Below, in pieces: positions 54,275 to 64,000 of a stretch of DNA of 64,000 nucleotides; position 1 is the stretch's first letter, and the number at the start of each line of letters is the position of its first letter. The position numbers and the translations under genes are program-made. The stretch spans positions 3,718 to 67,717 of the IMG/VR virus record IMGVR_UViG_3300030012_002710; one strand, given 5' to 3'. Source of the stretch: a virus. The notes under the pieces were generated by a model. It worked only from the letters and a program-made list of their open reading frames with translations. It was not told the DNA's origin and made no database searches.

Positions 54275-56356
54275 TTATTCTGAAAATGCCATAAATAAAT
54301 ATTGATTACCTGCATCATTATAACCTGAGTCTGTGGTTACAATTTCAAAGCCATAGTCTAAAAAATTTACTGCAGATAAAGTATCTTCAGTACTAGTAGT
54401 GTTTGGGTATAATATTTTATTTCTAGGATTAGTTGTAGATCTTTTATTATCTAATATATACCAATATTTTGTTGTACTTACATTTCTTACAAGTAACCAT
54501 GCTGGTTTAAATCCTGTATATATTTGGTTACCACTAGTTGTATCAGTTCCTATATAATAACCTATTTGAGAATACCCTGGAATTGAAGCAAAACAATATG
54601 CTATATAATTTGTAGAACTATTATTATAATCACTAAAAGTACCATTTATACCAAAAGTAGTACTTGTTATATTAGTCCAAGGAGGATCTGAAGGATAATC
54701 AGCCGGTGGAGCATCACTATTAAGATACATATAATAATCAGTACCTGTTGTTGAACTGTATGTAATCCAATTACCTGTAGTATTAAGGGATTTTATAAAT
54801 ATAAGTTCTGGTGTTACTCCTAATCCATGTGGTACTGTGCTTGCTGTACTTGTACCTTGATACTTTATTATACTAAAACCAGTTTCTGTATTAACTGAAG
54901 ATCCAGTTGGTGTTATAGTTCCTGCTGTAAGACCTGCTGCAGCTGCTGATGCATAACCTGTTCCATTTTTATTAAAAGTGTTTGAATTACCACCTGCTTT
55001 CCATGACCAACCTACATAATCACCTCTACCAGAATAATTAACTAAACCAACTGTATCACTACCTAATGTAAAACCAGTAGCATTAAAAGAAGTTAGTGTA
55101 GTGTTATTATTTGCCTCTGCATTAGTAGAATTAGGTTGTATGTATTCACCTGCTCCTCTAACTGAATCAAATGATATATGTGGTTCACAGCATTTTTGAT
55201 AATCTTTAATCCATACAAAATCTGGTTGAAAACCTGTTACAATATTATGTGGTGCCGCTTGATAACTCCATAAATTAGTTGTAAAATTATTAGATGGAAT
55301 AATACCTACATCTTGACCTGTTTGTTGTAATGCTCTCCAACCTGTAGTACCAGTGTAAACTTCCATTTTACCAGTAGTAGTATTTTCTCTTAAAGTACCT
55401 TCAACTGGTGATGCTCCTCCAGTAAATACAATAGTACCTGTGCCAGCTGTAATTTTAATATATTTTTCATCTGTACCAATATTAGTCTCTGTACCTGCGG
55501 CACCGCCAGTACCTGCGGTATATGTAGCTGTATGACTATCACTATATCTTAAAATAATAATACCATCACTACCATTACCTCCTACGCCATCTTGACCACC
55601 ACCACCTCCACCACTACCAGTGTTAGTAACTCCATTTGTTCCAGGGTTTTTATGTTTTCCACCATTACCACCAATACTGCTTCCTCCAGCTCCATTAGAT
55701 GTTCCTGGATCCCAAGAACCACCACCACCACCGCCAGCATAGAAACTATTTGCTCCATCTATATTATTTTGTACTCCATCACCTCCATTTCCTGGACTAT
55801 TATAAACTCCTGTAGCTCCAGTGGAACCAGCTCCACCGCCTCCACCACCAGTCCAATCGAGACTACCACTATAACCACCTCCTCCAGCATTACCTTCAGA
55901 ACCTGTTCCTGCAGCGCCGCCACTAGCACCGGATTTTCCACCGCCACCTCCGCCAGAACCACCTATTTTAGCAACACCTATAGTATTATATCCACCACCA
56001 CCTCCACCAGTTGCGGTAATTGTAGTTAATCCACCACCAGAAATAAATGAGTTGTCTCCACTAGTACCTGCTCCTGCAGTTGCTGGACTTCCACTTGAAC
56101 TACCATTTCCACCATCACCTACAGTTACAGTGTAAGTAGTACCTAAAGCTAATGTTACAGTGCTAGCTAAATAACCTCCGGCACCACCACCTCCTCCAGA
56201 TCCATCAGCACCATAACCACCACCTCCGCCGCCAGCTACAACTAAATATTCTACTGAAACAGAACCTGGTCTTTGAGCTGTAGTACCTGTTGGTATTTCA
56301 AGGGCAGTTGTGTCTGCACTTAAATCTATATTATCTGTTATTATTTTAGTGGCCAT
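54275..56356 (-). CDS. glycine-rich fibre protein with C-terminal beta-rich domain
   Basis: VEYLVVAGGGGG; GFQPDFVWIK, GFSII.Y.G, HGLG..P, GFKPAWL. Confidence 0.75.
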   Translation of the reverse strand: MATKIITDNIDLSADTTALEIPTGTTAQRPGSVSVEYLVVAGGGGGGYGADGSGGGGGAGGYLASTVTLALGTTYTVTVGDGGNGSSSGSPATAGAGTSGDNSFISGGGLTTITATGGGGGGYNTIGVAKIGGSGGGGGGKSGASGGAAGTGSEGNAGGGGYSGSLDWTGGGGGGAGSTGATGVYNSPGNGGDGVQNNIDGANSFYAGGGGGGSWDPGTSNGAGGSSIGGNGGKHKNPGTNGVTNTGSGGGGGGQDGVGGNGSDGIIILRYSDSHTATYTAGTGGAAGTETNIGTDEKYIKITAGTGTIVFTGGASPVEGTLRENTTTGKMEVYTGTTGWRALQQTGQDVGIIPSNNFTTNLWSYQAAPHNIVTGFQPDFVWIKDYQKCCEPHISFDSVRGAGEYIQPNSTNAEANNNTTLTSFNATGFTLGSDTVGLVNYSGRGDYVGWSWKAGGNSNTFNKNGTGYASAAAAGLTAGTITPTGSSVNTETGFSIIKYQGTSTASTVPHGLGVTPELIFIKSLNTTGNWITYSSTTGTDYYMYLNSDAPPADYPSDPPWTNITSTTFGINGTFSDYNNSSTNYIAYCFASIPGYSQIGYYIGTDTTSGNQIYTGFKPAWLLVRNVSTTKYWYILDNKRSTTNPRNKILYPNTTSTEDTLSAVNFLDYGFEIVTTDSGYNDAGNQYLFMAFSE

Positions 56357-56362
56357 TAATTA

Positions 56363-58972
56363 TTAGTAAGAAGTTACAAATTCTACTTTTGTTCCAGCTG
56401 GTACACCTGTTTGTAAAGTAACAGTAGTACCTGATACACTTGCAATAGCACTTTTGTTTTGATATACACCAGAAACAAATACGTTTACATAATTTATATC
56501 TGTAGGAGCTTGACTTAAACCAGTAAATACTGTTTGATTAGCTGAGGCTGTCATTTCATCTTTTACTATACTACCACCACCAGCTGCAGCCCACTGACCA
56601 TCACCTCTTAAAAAGTTAGAAGTATTACCTGTTGCATCTGGTACGTGTCCTACTTTTCCTTCTCCATCAAAAGCGTTAGAAACTATTGTAACTGTTTTAC
56701 TAGATTCAGTAACTGATATTGCATCATTAGCACCTGTTGATGTGCCAGATGTACCTGTTGTAAATGTTACAGTATTTCCGTTACTTACATCACTATTATT
56801 ACTACCATCAGATACAATCCATTTTTCATAACTTATAGGTGCATCGATCCAATCAACACCAGCACCACCACCGCCAAGTGAAGATAATAATTGACCAGCT
56901 GAACCTGTACCTCCATTTACATCAATTAAATCAGCATCAAGTTCTAAATCACCAGTAATTTTACCAGCACTACTTATTGTTACTAAACTACCTGTATCTT
57001 CAACATTAGAATCAGCTATAGCACTTCCACTGCTCCACTTAGCAACTTTGTTTGCAGTACCACTACCTGTTACAGTACCTGTACCTGCACCAATATAAGT
57101 TTTAATTGTTGATAATGTAATTTCTTTAACAGCATTACCTGCAGTAGAATCGTTTATTAATAACTTATCATTATCTACAGCAGAACTTAATAAACTAGGT
57201 GCTGCAAGTACTATGTTATTTGCTGTTGTATAATCAGGGGATATTGTGCCTGTGCCTGTTATAGGACCACCTGTTAATCCATTACCTGTTGATACTTGTG
57301 TAACACCTGCACCAGTTGCTGTAGCATAAATATTACCACCCATACCAGCACCATGTATATAACATGTATAATACAATGTAGGCGAACCTTGTTGTAATGT
57401 TACCCTTAATCTTCTAGTTGTAGCTGCATTAAAGTTAGTTGTATTAACCCAATCAGATTCTGCTGTTACAACATTATCTAATAAATAAACTACACCTGTA
57501 TTATAAACAGTTGTACTTGGAGAGGTTGTACTTATTACAAGTGGATGATTATTATTAGTAGCATCATCTTGATTTATAAAAAATGTAGTACCTCTAGCAA
57601 GATACATATCTTCTTGAGAATTACCATCAACAACAAAAACACCACCTCCAACAGTTATGTTAATACTATTTAAAGTTGTTGAAGTTATAAAACCATCAGT
57701 TGTAGCAGCAAACATTTGATTGTCAAAACTTGCTACACCTTTAGTTGTACCAGCATCGGTTGCACCAGCTGTTGCAGGTACTACATTAGATTCAACAGTT
57801 GTCCAATCATTAACTGTAGAAGCACCTACACTAGCAGCTGTTTTACATATTACCTGATCACCAACTCCTAATGGTACACTACCATAAAAATCGCCTGCTG
57901 TTGTAACTACATATAAATCACCTACTGCAATTGCAACTCTTGATGCACCTGTTGTTAAATTACCACCACTATCTATTGCACCTGTACCTGCATTAAATCC
58001 ACCTTTAAACTCTACAGATCCAATAAGTGCATTATCAATAGCTGTTTGTACTTGGTCACCAGTTACAAGATTTGTGTTGCTTGCACCTACACCACCTGTT
58101 GTAACAGCTGTTATTTCTGGTGTTGTAGTGTTATTTACTATACTAATTGTATTTGGATCAGTAGATGAAACATTTGTAACACTACCTTGTGTATTTGCAC
58201 TAATTTCTACTTCTGTAGGACTAATTACACTTATATTAATATTGCTACCTTGTTTTATCTTAACTTGTGAATCATCACCTGTACTTGTTGATGTTAAATT
58301 TAAATTAGCATCACTACCACTTGTGGCTACACTTAAATCATATTTATCAGCTACTGTTGTTAAGTCTAACCATTCAACTGGAGTGCCTGCACCTTTTGAT
58401 TGTAACACATATCCACTAGTACCTGTACTACCATTAGCACTAAGCGTACCAGTCATGGTTATATTAGCTGTAGATACAGTACCTGCTAAAAAAGCATCTT
58501 TCCATCTAGCAGTACTTGTAACACCTAAGTCTTTAGTATTATCACCAGATGGTGCAAAAGTTTTATCAGAAGTTATCGTTGTACCACCACCTGTTTCTGT
58601 TAATGATGAATTACCAAGCGCTGATGTTGTAGACCATATTGGTATTTTGTATTGAGTACCTGATATACCACCTAGTTTATCATTAAATGTATTCCAGTCT
58701 GCAGAACTTAAATAACCATCTGTTACGTTATCTGCTTGTGGTATTGATACTGTACCTGTATTTGTTATTGTACCACCAGTAAGTGGTGTATTAAAAGTAA
58801 TAGACTGTACCCCAACACCGCCTAAGGTTTTAATATAATCAGTTATTGTTTGTAATGAGTAACTTCTTGTTACGTTACTTTGTTTACCATCAACAGTTAC
58901 AGTAGAAGTACCAATAAGTAAATCTGTTGGCTGTGGGTTAGTTTCTTTGGGGTAGCTATAAATTATTGCCAT
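56363..58972 (-). CDS. tail/head fibre protein (MAIIYSY paralogue 3)
   Basis: Fibre motifs GYLSSADWNTFN.K, GLTGGPIT.TGTI, FLRGDGQW. Confidence 0.75.
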   Translation of the reverse strand: MAIIYSYPKETNPQPTDLLIGTSTVTVDGKQSNVTRSYSLQTITDYIKTLGGVGVQSITFNTPLTGGTITNTGTVSIPQADNVTDGYLSSADWNTFNDKLGGISGTQYKIPIWSTTSALGNSSLTETGGGTTITSDKTFAPSGDNTKDLGVTSTARWKDAFLAGTVSTANITMTGTLSANGSTGTSGYVLQSKGAGTPVEWLDLTTVADKYDLSVATSGSDANLNLTSTSTGDDSQVKIKQGSNINISVISPTEVEISANTQGSVTNVSSTDPNTISIVNNTTTPEITAVTTGGVGASNTNLVTGDQVQTAIDNALIGSVEFKGGFNAGTGAIDSGGNLTTGASRVAIAVGDLYVVTTAGDFYGSVPLGVGDQVICKTAASVGASTVNDWTTVESNVVPATAGATDAGTTKGVASFDNQMFAATTDGFITSTTLNSINITVGGGVFVVDGNSQEDMYLARGTTFFINQDDATNNNHPLVISTTSPSTTVYNTGVVYLLDNVVTAESDWVNTTNFNAATTRRLRVTLQQGSPTLYYTCYIHGAGMGGNIYATATGAGVTQVSTGNGLTGGPITGTGTISPDYTTANNIVLAAPSLLSSAVDNDKLLINDSTAGNAVKEITLSTIKTYIGAGTGTVTGSGTANKVAKWSSGSAIADSNVEDTGSLVTISSAGKITGDLELDADLIDVNGGTGSAGQLLSSLGGGGAGVDWIDAPISYEKWIVSDGSNNSDVSNGNTVTFTTGTSGTSTGANDAISVTESSKTVTIVSNAFDGEGKVGHVPDATGNTSNFLRGDGQWAAAGGGSIVKDEMTASANQTVFTGLSQAPTDINYVNVFVSGVYQNKSAIASVSGTTVTLQTGVPAGTKVEFVTSY

Positions 58973-58986
58973 TGTTTATTATTATT

Positions 58987-60540
58987 TTATGTTAATGCTA
59001 AAGTACCTGTTATAGTAGTTACTACTGTTTGAGATCCATTTAATGTACCACTAGCATTAGTGATAGTTGGACCTGATGTAAAATTATAATTTGCATTTGC
59101 AGTGCATGTAGTTGTAAAGCCATAAGCGTGTGAAGTACCAGTTGTTGAACTTGTACTGCCTGTTATATCTCCACCTAAAGTAAATCCTGAACCATCACCA
59201 CCTGGGCCTTGTATATCAGTTATAACTAATAATGTAGCTGTAATTGCAAATGTAGGATCAGGGGCTATAACACCAGCTAGTGTTTGATTAGCATTACCAC
59301 CTGGGTTTGTTATTTGACCTGTTACTGTTAAACCTGTTACTGGTGTAGAAAAATAATACCCAACATCTGGTGTTGCTATAGTTTTGAACGTAAACTCTTC
59401 ACCTTCACAACCTTCATATGTTGCACCATTTGTGTCACCAGATAAAGTATAGTTAGAGCCACCTGTTATACTATTTGTAGTATTAAGTGTCATAGTTTGT
59501 GGTGTACATTTATTAGCATCAAGTATTGCTATATATAATGTATTAGGATCTGGAGTACCAATAGCTGCATATTCTGTATCAGTTAAAGTTACTATTTTAT
59601 TTACCTTAGCTGTTGTATTATATGTATCAGTATTATTTTTAATTGTATTAGCATCACCAGTATCTATATATTGTTGTACTAAAGGCAATGCGCTTGCTGG
59701 TATTGTAGCGAATGTAGAAGACTTAACATTGCCTGACGATAGCTGATTAAATGCTATATAATCATTTGATGTAGGTACTGTAGCAGGTGTTGCACCTGAG
59801 TTTTTACCTACTAATATATAATTGTTTGAACCATCATATTCTACACCCAGTGTTGGGTTAGAAGTTAAAGTGCCTGAGTCTAATTGTAAACCATTACCAG
59901 GTATAGCACTTTGTACTGTACCTGGGTTATTTAGGGCATTTATTACAACATTTCCTACACCACTTGGCGGTGATAAAGAAATATTTGTTCCAGCTACTAT
60001 TGATGTTACACCGTCATTTGTAATAGTTACATCTCCTGTAGCTTGATCCACACTTATTCCTGTACCTTCAATTAGACTCGATACAGCACTTGTTGGTGAA
60101 GGTATAGTTACAGTAACATCATTACTTGATCCTACTGTTGCAGTTACACCGGCACCTGTAAAATTAATACCTTCTACCGCTGTTGTTATACTAGCACCTT
60201 CATCTAAAACAGCAATATTTGGTGATCCTGTACTTGTAGCTGGCGCCCAAGTATTATCACCTCTTAAAAAAGTTGTACTTGATGGTGTACCTGTTGCGGA
60301 CAGTGATGCTGTTAAAGTACCACTGTTTGTAATAGGACCACCAGTTATATTTATAAAAGTTGAGTTAGCAGTTGCTACATTTGTAACTGTACCTGTACCT
60401 GAGTTAGCGGTAACAAGTGAAGCTAAACTTGCTATTGTATAAGTTTTTGTAGGATTGCTATCATTTTTTATAGAAGTACCGAGTAATAAGTCTGACGTTG
60501 TCGGTGTTGCTTCTACTGGATAACTATATATTATTGCCAT
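58987..60540 (-). CDS. fibre protein (MAIIYSY paralogue 2)
   Basis: GGPIT..GTLTASLSA.GTPS..TFLRGD.TW; VTLT..EY....D.NTLY. Confidence 0.75.
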   Translation of the reverse strand: MAIIYSYPVEATPTTSDLLLGTSIKNDSNPTKTYTIASLASLVTANSGTGTVTNVATANSTFINITGGPITNSGTLTASLSATGTPSSTTFLRGDNTWAPATSTGSPNIAVLDEGASITTAVEGINFTGAGVTATVGSSNDVTVTIPSPTSAVSSLIEGTGISVDQATGDVTITNDGVTSIVAGTNISLSPPSGVGNVVINALNNPGTVQSAIPGNGLQLDSGTLTSNPTLGVEYDGSNNYILVGKNSGATPATVPTSNDYIAFNQLSSGNVKSSTFATIPASALPLVQQYIDTGDANTIKNNTDTYNTTAKVNKIVTLTDTEYAAIGTPDPNTLYIAILDANKCTPQTMTLNTTNSITGGSNYTLSGDTNGATYEGCEGEEFTFKTIATPDVGYYFSTPVTGLTVTGQITNPGGNANQTLAGVIAPDPTFAITATLLVITDIQGPGGDGSGFTLGGDITGSTSSTTGTSHAYGFTTTCTANANYNFTSGPTITNASGTLNGSQTVVTTITGTLALT

Positions 60541-60542
60541 TT

Positions 60543-63218
60543 TTATTCGTTAATTGTTATTACTATATTATCACCTTGACTTAAACCTGTAATGTTTACA
60601 CCTGAACTTTGTATTACAGTAGATCCTGGCGTCCAAGTTCTATCATATATACCACCTGCTACAGTTCCACCATTTAATGTTGTTGTAAAACTACCTGAAT
60701 ATTGAGGTACATTAGGTGGACAACCCCAACCAGAGCATCCATATCCAGATGGATAACAAGCAGGTAAAGATGAAGTACTACACCATTGTGCGCCTGATCT
60801 TGTAACTGAAGCACTTATTGAACCTCCATTAAATACTGGTACTGTTGTTATATCATTATAAGAAACACCAGATGATGTACATGTTGCTGTAGTAGAACCT
60901 CCATTATAAGAAAATACTACAGTATAAGTTACATTAGAGCTTAAGCTTGGACTTACACTAATATTAACTGTTTTTCTAGCAACTGCTCCTGCTGTTACAG
61001 ACCAATCTGAAGTAAAAGGTGAACCAACTGAACTACTTTCTGTACCTACTAGCGGTTTACCATTTGTATTATTAAAATTAACTGGTGTTGAAAAATAAAA
61101 AGCATTATCACTTAATGTTACTGTAGGTCCTGTACCAGGTGGAATTGTATATTGTGAATTAACAGCAACTTGTCCACTACCTGCGGTAGGTGTAGGTGAA
61201 AATGTTAAAGTAGCACCAACACTGTTTGTTATACCATAATTAGGACTACTACCAGCATAATTCATATTAACCTCATAATTTGGTGCTGGTGGATTATATG
61301 CTATTGTACCTTGCGCGTATACGGTTTCTGTAGCATTACCACCTGAAGGAGAAATGCTACCACTTACTGAACTAACAGGACTAGATCCTCCTGGATCAGA
61401 ACTAAAAGATATTGATCCACTATAATACGTACCACCTATAGAACCAGTTAAATTATTCCAACCATATGAATCACTTGCTGCTAATATTTGAGGTATTGAT
61501 TCATTATAACCAATTGGTGCTGTAGATGTAGCACTAAATGAAAGATTTGCACCTGATAATGTTCCGCCTCCTGTAAAAACTAAATTTGATGTATTAAAAT
61601 TTAATGTAGCTGTATATAGTGGTTGTGATAAACTTCCTGTTACAGTAACATTCCAAGTCATTGTAGATTGATTCAATGCTGTTCCAGATAAACCAGGAGT
61701 AAAAGTTGGACCAGAAGAAAATTGATAACCATTTATTGCAGTTAATTGTGTATTAAAAGAAAATTGAGTTCCTTGTTGAACTGTTTTTATAGCTCCACTT
61801 GCATCAGTACCTGGTGTAACTTGCCAATTACCCGAAGGAGTTGTATTATCTATTAAATTTAATGTTACATCACAATTACTAATTGGTGGTGGATCTAATA
61901 CAGCAGTTATAGTTTGTGTTTCAGTTGCATTACCAGATATTGTACCAGTTGTTATATTACCACTAGGCCCTGATACTAATGTATACCCATTTATAGCAGT
62001 TATTGTAGTTCTAAATGTATAGTTTATACCAGCAACACCTGTTATAGAGCTTGCTGTTACAAAACCACTACCATCGTCTACTTCTGTTAATATACTATAT
62101 GCACTAGCTGGAGCAACACTACCTGATGATAGTGTTACATTTGTCCAACCAGAATATACTAAATTAACTGTGTATGTTGTACCTGGTCCTAAAATTAAAT
62201 ATAATGTGTTATTGTCACAGTTTACGCCAGGACATATAGAATTATATTCAGCTAGTGTTAATGTAACTACTTGTGTATTTTTCCATACATTTGTATATGT
62301 ATCGATATTTTTTATCTTACCATCATCAGCAGTATCTACTGTCGATGTAATAGATGTTAATGCTGTGTTTGGTATAGAATTAAATTTTGCCGTTTTTACT
62401 ACACCTGTAGTTAATTGATTAAACGGTATAAAATCATTTTCAGCTGATGTATCTGTCCAATTGTCTTCTTGACCTTCATCTGGTTGAGATCTTATATAAT
62501 TATCAAGACCTGCATAGTCTACATCAACAATTGCATTTGTAGTTGTGTTTGTTACATCTAAACCAAAACCTTCATTTACTGCTATTAATGTACCGGCATT
62601 AGCTCTTGTTGATACTGTAACATCACCTTTAGTAGAAGATAATGTTACACTATTACCTGCTGTTAGTTGCGTAACACCAGCATTAGTTACTGTAACATCA
62701 CCTGTAGATGGGTTTGTTGTAGTAGTACCTGTTGCTGTAATTCCAACACCATTTACAACTGAATCAACAGAAGATAATAATCCTGGAATATCTATTGTTA
62801 CATTGTTATTTGTTGCAGACGCTGTTACACCAGTTCCTACAAAATTCCAACTTTCTGTATCAGTTGTTATAGTATTACCAAAACCGTTATAAGCGGTTGA
62901 TATATCAGTGGGCGTGGGACCAGGTTGTGACCAAGTCCCATCCCCTCTTAGGTAGGTGAGTGTCGAGGGAGTGCCACTGGCAGACAGACTCGCTGTTAGG
63001 GTACCCGTTGTGGTGATCGGTCCGCCTGCTATTGTAATAAAATCTGAATCAGCAGTAGATATAGAGGTTACTGTGCCAATACCAAGTGCAGCTAGTATGG
63101 TATTTACTATCTCACTTACCTTGAAGTTCCTTGTTACATTCTCTGTACTCAAGTCCGATGCTATTAAATAGTCGGTGAGCTTCAGGGTACCTGACGAGTA
63201 ACTCTTAATTATTGCCAT
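60543..63218 (-). CDS. fibre protein (MAIIKSY paralogue 1) with Ig-like repeats
   Basis: N-terminal half collinear with 58987-60540. Confidence 0.75.
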   Translation of the reverse strand: MAIIKSYSSGTLKLTDYLIASDLSTENVTRNFKVSEIVNTILAALGIGTVTSISTADSDFITIAGGPITTTGTLTASLSASGTPSTLTYLRGDGTWSQPGPTPTDISTAYNGFGNTITTDTESWNFVGTGVTASATNNNVTIDIPGLLSSVDSVVNGVGITATGTTTTNPSTGDVTVTNAGVTQLTAGNSVTLSSTKGDVTVSTRANAGTLIAVNEGFGLDVTNTTTNAIVDVDYAGLDNYIRSQPDEGQEDNWTDTSAENDFIPFNQLTTGVVKTAKFNSIPNTALTSITSTVDTADDGKIKNIDTYTNVWKNTQVVTLTLAEYNSICPGVNCDNNTLYLILGPGTTYTVNLVYSGWTNVTLSSGSVAPASAYSILTEVDDGSGFVTASSITGVAGINYTFRTTITAINGYTLVSGPSGNITTGTISGNATETQTITAVLDPPPISNCDVTLNLIDNTTPSGNWQVTPGTDASGAIKTVQQGTQFSFNTQLTAINGYQFSSGPTFTPGLSGTALNQSTMTWNVTVTGSLSQPLYTATLNFNTSNLVFTGGGTLSGANLSFSATSTAPIGYNESIPQILAASDSYGWNNLTGSIGGTYYSGSISFSSDPGGSSPVSSVSGSISPSGGNATETVYAQGTIAYNPPAPNYEVNMNYAGSSPNYGITNSVGATLTFSPTPTAGSGQVAVNSQYTIPPGTGPTVTLSDNAFYFSTPVNFNNTNGKPLVGTESSSVGSPFTSDWSVTAGAVARKTVNISVSPSLSSNVTYTVVFSYNGGSTTATCTSSGVSYNDITTVPVFNGGSISASVTRSGAQWCSTSSLPACYPSGYGCSGWGCPPNVPQYSGSFTTTLNGGTVAGGIYDRTWTPGSTVIQSSGVNITGLSQGDNIVITINE

Positions 63219-63223
63219 TTATG

Positions 63224-63331
63224 CTAAACTATGCGCTTATCGCCTAAATATATTTCTGAAATTTGCGTTGTCCCTACATAATAGACCACTCCGGTCATAT
63301 TTGTGGCACCTAAATGTATACCTGCTGCCAT
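63224..63331 (-). CDS. small beta-rich protein (35 aa), first gene of the late block
   Basis: Hand-translated MAAGIHLGATNMTGVVYYVGTTQISEIYLGDKRIV*; three xx[HY][LV]G units. Confidence 0.6.
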   Translation of the reverse strand: MAAGIHLGATNMTGVVYYVGTTQISEIYLGDKRIV

Positions 63332-63359
63332 ATTATTTTTACTTTAAAGTGTATACTTA

Positions 63360-63389
63360 ATATACTTACAGAAAAACACCTTTTTTTAC
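63360..63389 (-). promoter_or_regulatory. putative promoter motif B heading the late operon
   Basis: GTAAA-N15-GTAAGTATAT about 30 bp upstream of the first late gene. Confidence 0.5.
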
Positions 63390-63416
63390 GCAAAATGCAT
63401 GATATTTACACTTATG

Positions 63417-63460
63417 TGACACTAGGTAGTTACTTATAGGATCTTTATTAGCTATTGTCA
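63417..63460. promoter_or_regulatory. 44-bp inverted-repeat element, copy 2
   Basis: TGACACTAGGTAGT...GCTATTGTCA; 13/14 and 9/10 identity to the arms at 2971-3014. Confidence 0.65.
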
Positions 63461-63565
63461 TTAAAAATTGGTTGCAAATATAGGAGTATTGTGTTACCCC
63501 TATGTTATTGATTATCAATTTGTTATACAAAACAGTTTTTATTACCCCCACCACCCCCTTTTTCA

Positions 63566-63727
63566 TGACATTTTGTCAAAACTTTTTGACTTTTTGTCAT
63601 ATATTGTACAAATCTTTTAGTTTTTTTCTATAAAATATACTAATTTATCTATACTATAAAATCTATACAATTATATTTAGTATTATGACAACTTGACATA
63701 TAATATTATGTTAATGACAATGTGTCA
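63566..63727. repeat. cluster of TGACA-N3-TGTCA palindromic boxes
   Basis: Boxes at 63566, 63587 (TGACT variant), 63686 (TGACA-N3-TGACA variant) and 63715. Confidence 0.65.
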
Positions 63728-63784
63728 TAGTGGTATACATTCAATATAAAACTATTATATAAATAATTTTACACCTTTTTATTT

Positions 63785-63817
63785 ACAAATTAAATACAAC
63801 ATCATTCGGATAATATA
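63785..63817 (+). promoter_or_regulatory. putative early promoter motif A, copy 3
   Basis: ACAAATTAAATACAA-CATCATTC-GGATAATATA upstream of ATG 63831. Confidence 0.7.
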
Positions 63818-63830
63818 ATAAAATTAAAAC

Positions 63831-64000
63831 ATGAAAAAATTATATTCAAAACATTATCAAACAAAAATATTAAATATTAAAAAATTAAAAATTAATAATA
63901 AAAAATATATTGGATTTAAATTAAACGATTTATTTTTAATTAAAAATTCAAACGAAATTATCGAATTTAATTATAAAGGTTTTTCGTTTATAAATATAAA
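63831..64000 (+). CDS. early hypothetical protein (truncated by window end)
   Basis: MKKLYSKHYQTKILNIKKLKINNKKYIGFKL... is open to the window edge. Confidence 0.55.
   Translation, partial: MKKLYSKHYQTKILNIKKLKINNKKYIGFKLNDLFLIKNSNEIIEFNYKGFSFINI

Noticed and set aside
53737-55962. +1-frame ORFs 53737-53943 and 55759-55962 in Gly-rich fibre genes
   Set aside because: The host regions have few Leu/Ile/Val/Met codons, so +1 stops are naturally rare; no independent codon shift.
63560-63730. Possible CRISPR-like mini-array
   Set aside because: Repeats are 13-bp palindromes with irregular spacing; no cas genes.
1-64000. Alternative genetic code, introns/inteins, DGR or integrase
   Set aside because: Standard code gives dense full-length genes; RNR, terminase and helicase are uninterrupted; no reverse transcriptase or recombinase motifs were seen.

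Overview
AT-rich, gene-dense segment that appears to cover most of the genome of a tailed dsDNA phage. The P22/crAss-like morphogenesis module suggests a podovirus. A Bacteroidota/Flavobacteriia host is inferred from gene content and A-rich starts without Shine-Dalgarno motifs. The + strand (1-13.5 kb) carries early/replication genes: a tRNA-Met(CAT), ATP-dependent ligase, HTH protein, sigma factor, ERF + exonuclease + SSB, primase-helicase, a thymidylate-synthase-family enzyme with the dCMP-type Asp, MazG, endonuclease I and class I RNR. The - strand (13.6-63.3 kb) carries late genes: fibre paralogues, GroEL/GroES, small basic proteins, holin, terminase, portal, scaffold, capsid, tail ring/stabilisation proteins, three ejection proteins and an M15 endolysin. 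A divergent control region lies at 63.3-63.8 kb. No DNA polymerase, integrase or CRISPR array is visible. Main unusual signals: (1) a second coding layer of same-strand +1-frame overprinted ORFs, marked by local GC/codon shifts, inside terminase, scaffold, nrdA, nrdB, primase-helicase and ligase; (2) a giant ejected polyvalent protein with a HExxH peptidase, repeated FSK linkers and a sigma-70 region-2-like domain, alongside two distinct non-host promoter-like motifs; (3) a structured ncRNA candidate beside an atypical tRNA-Met; (4) a twice-occurring 44-bp inverted-repeat element; (5) nested domain insertions in fibre paralogues. All family assignments are by eye, from motif recognition; no database searches were run.
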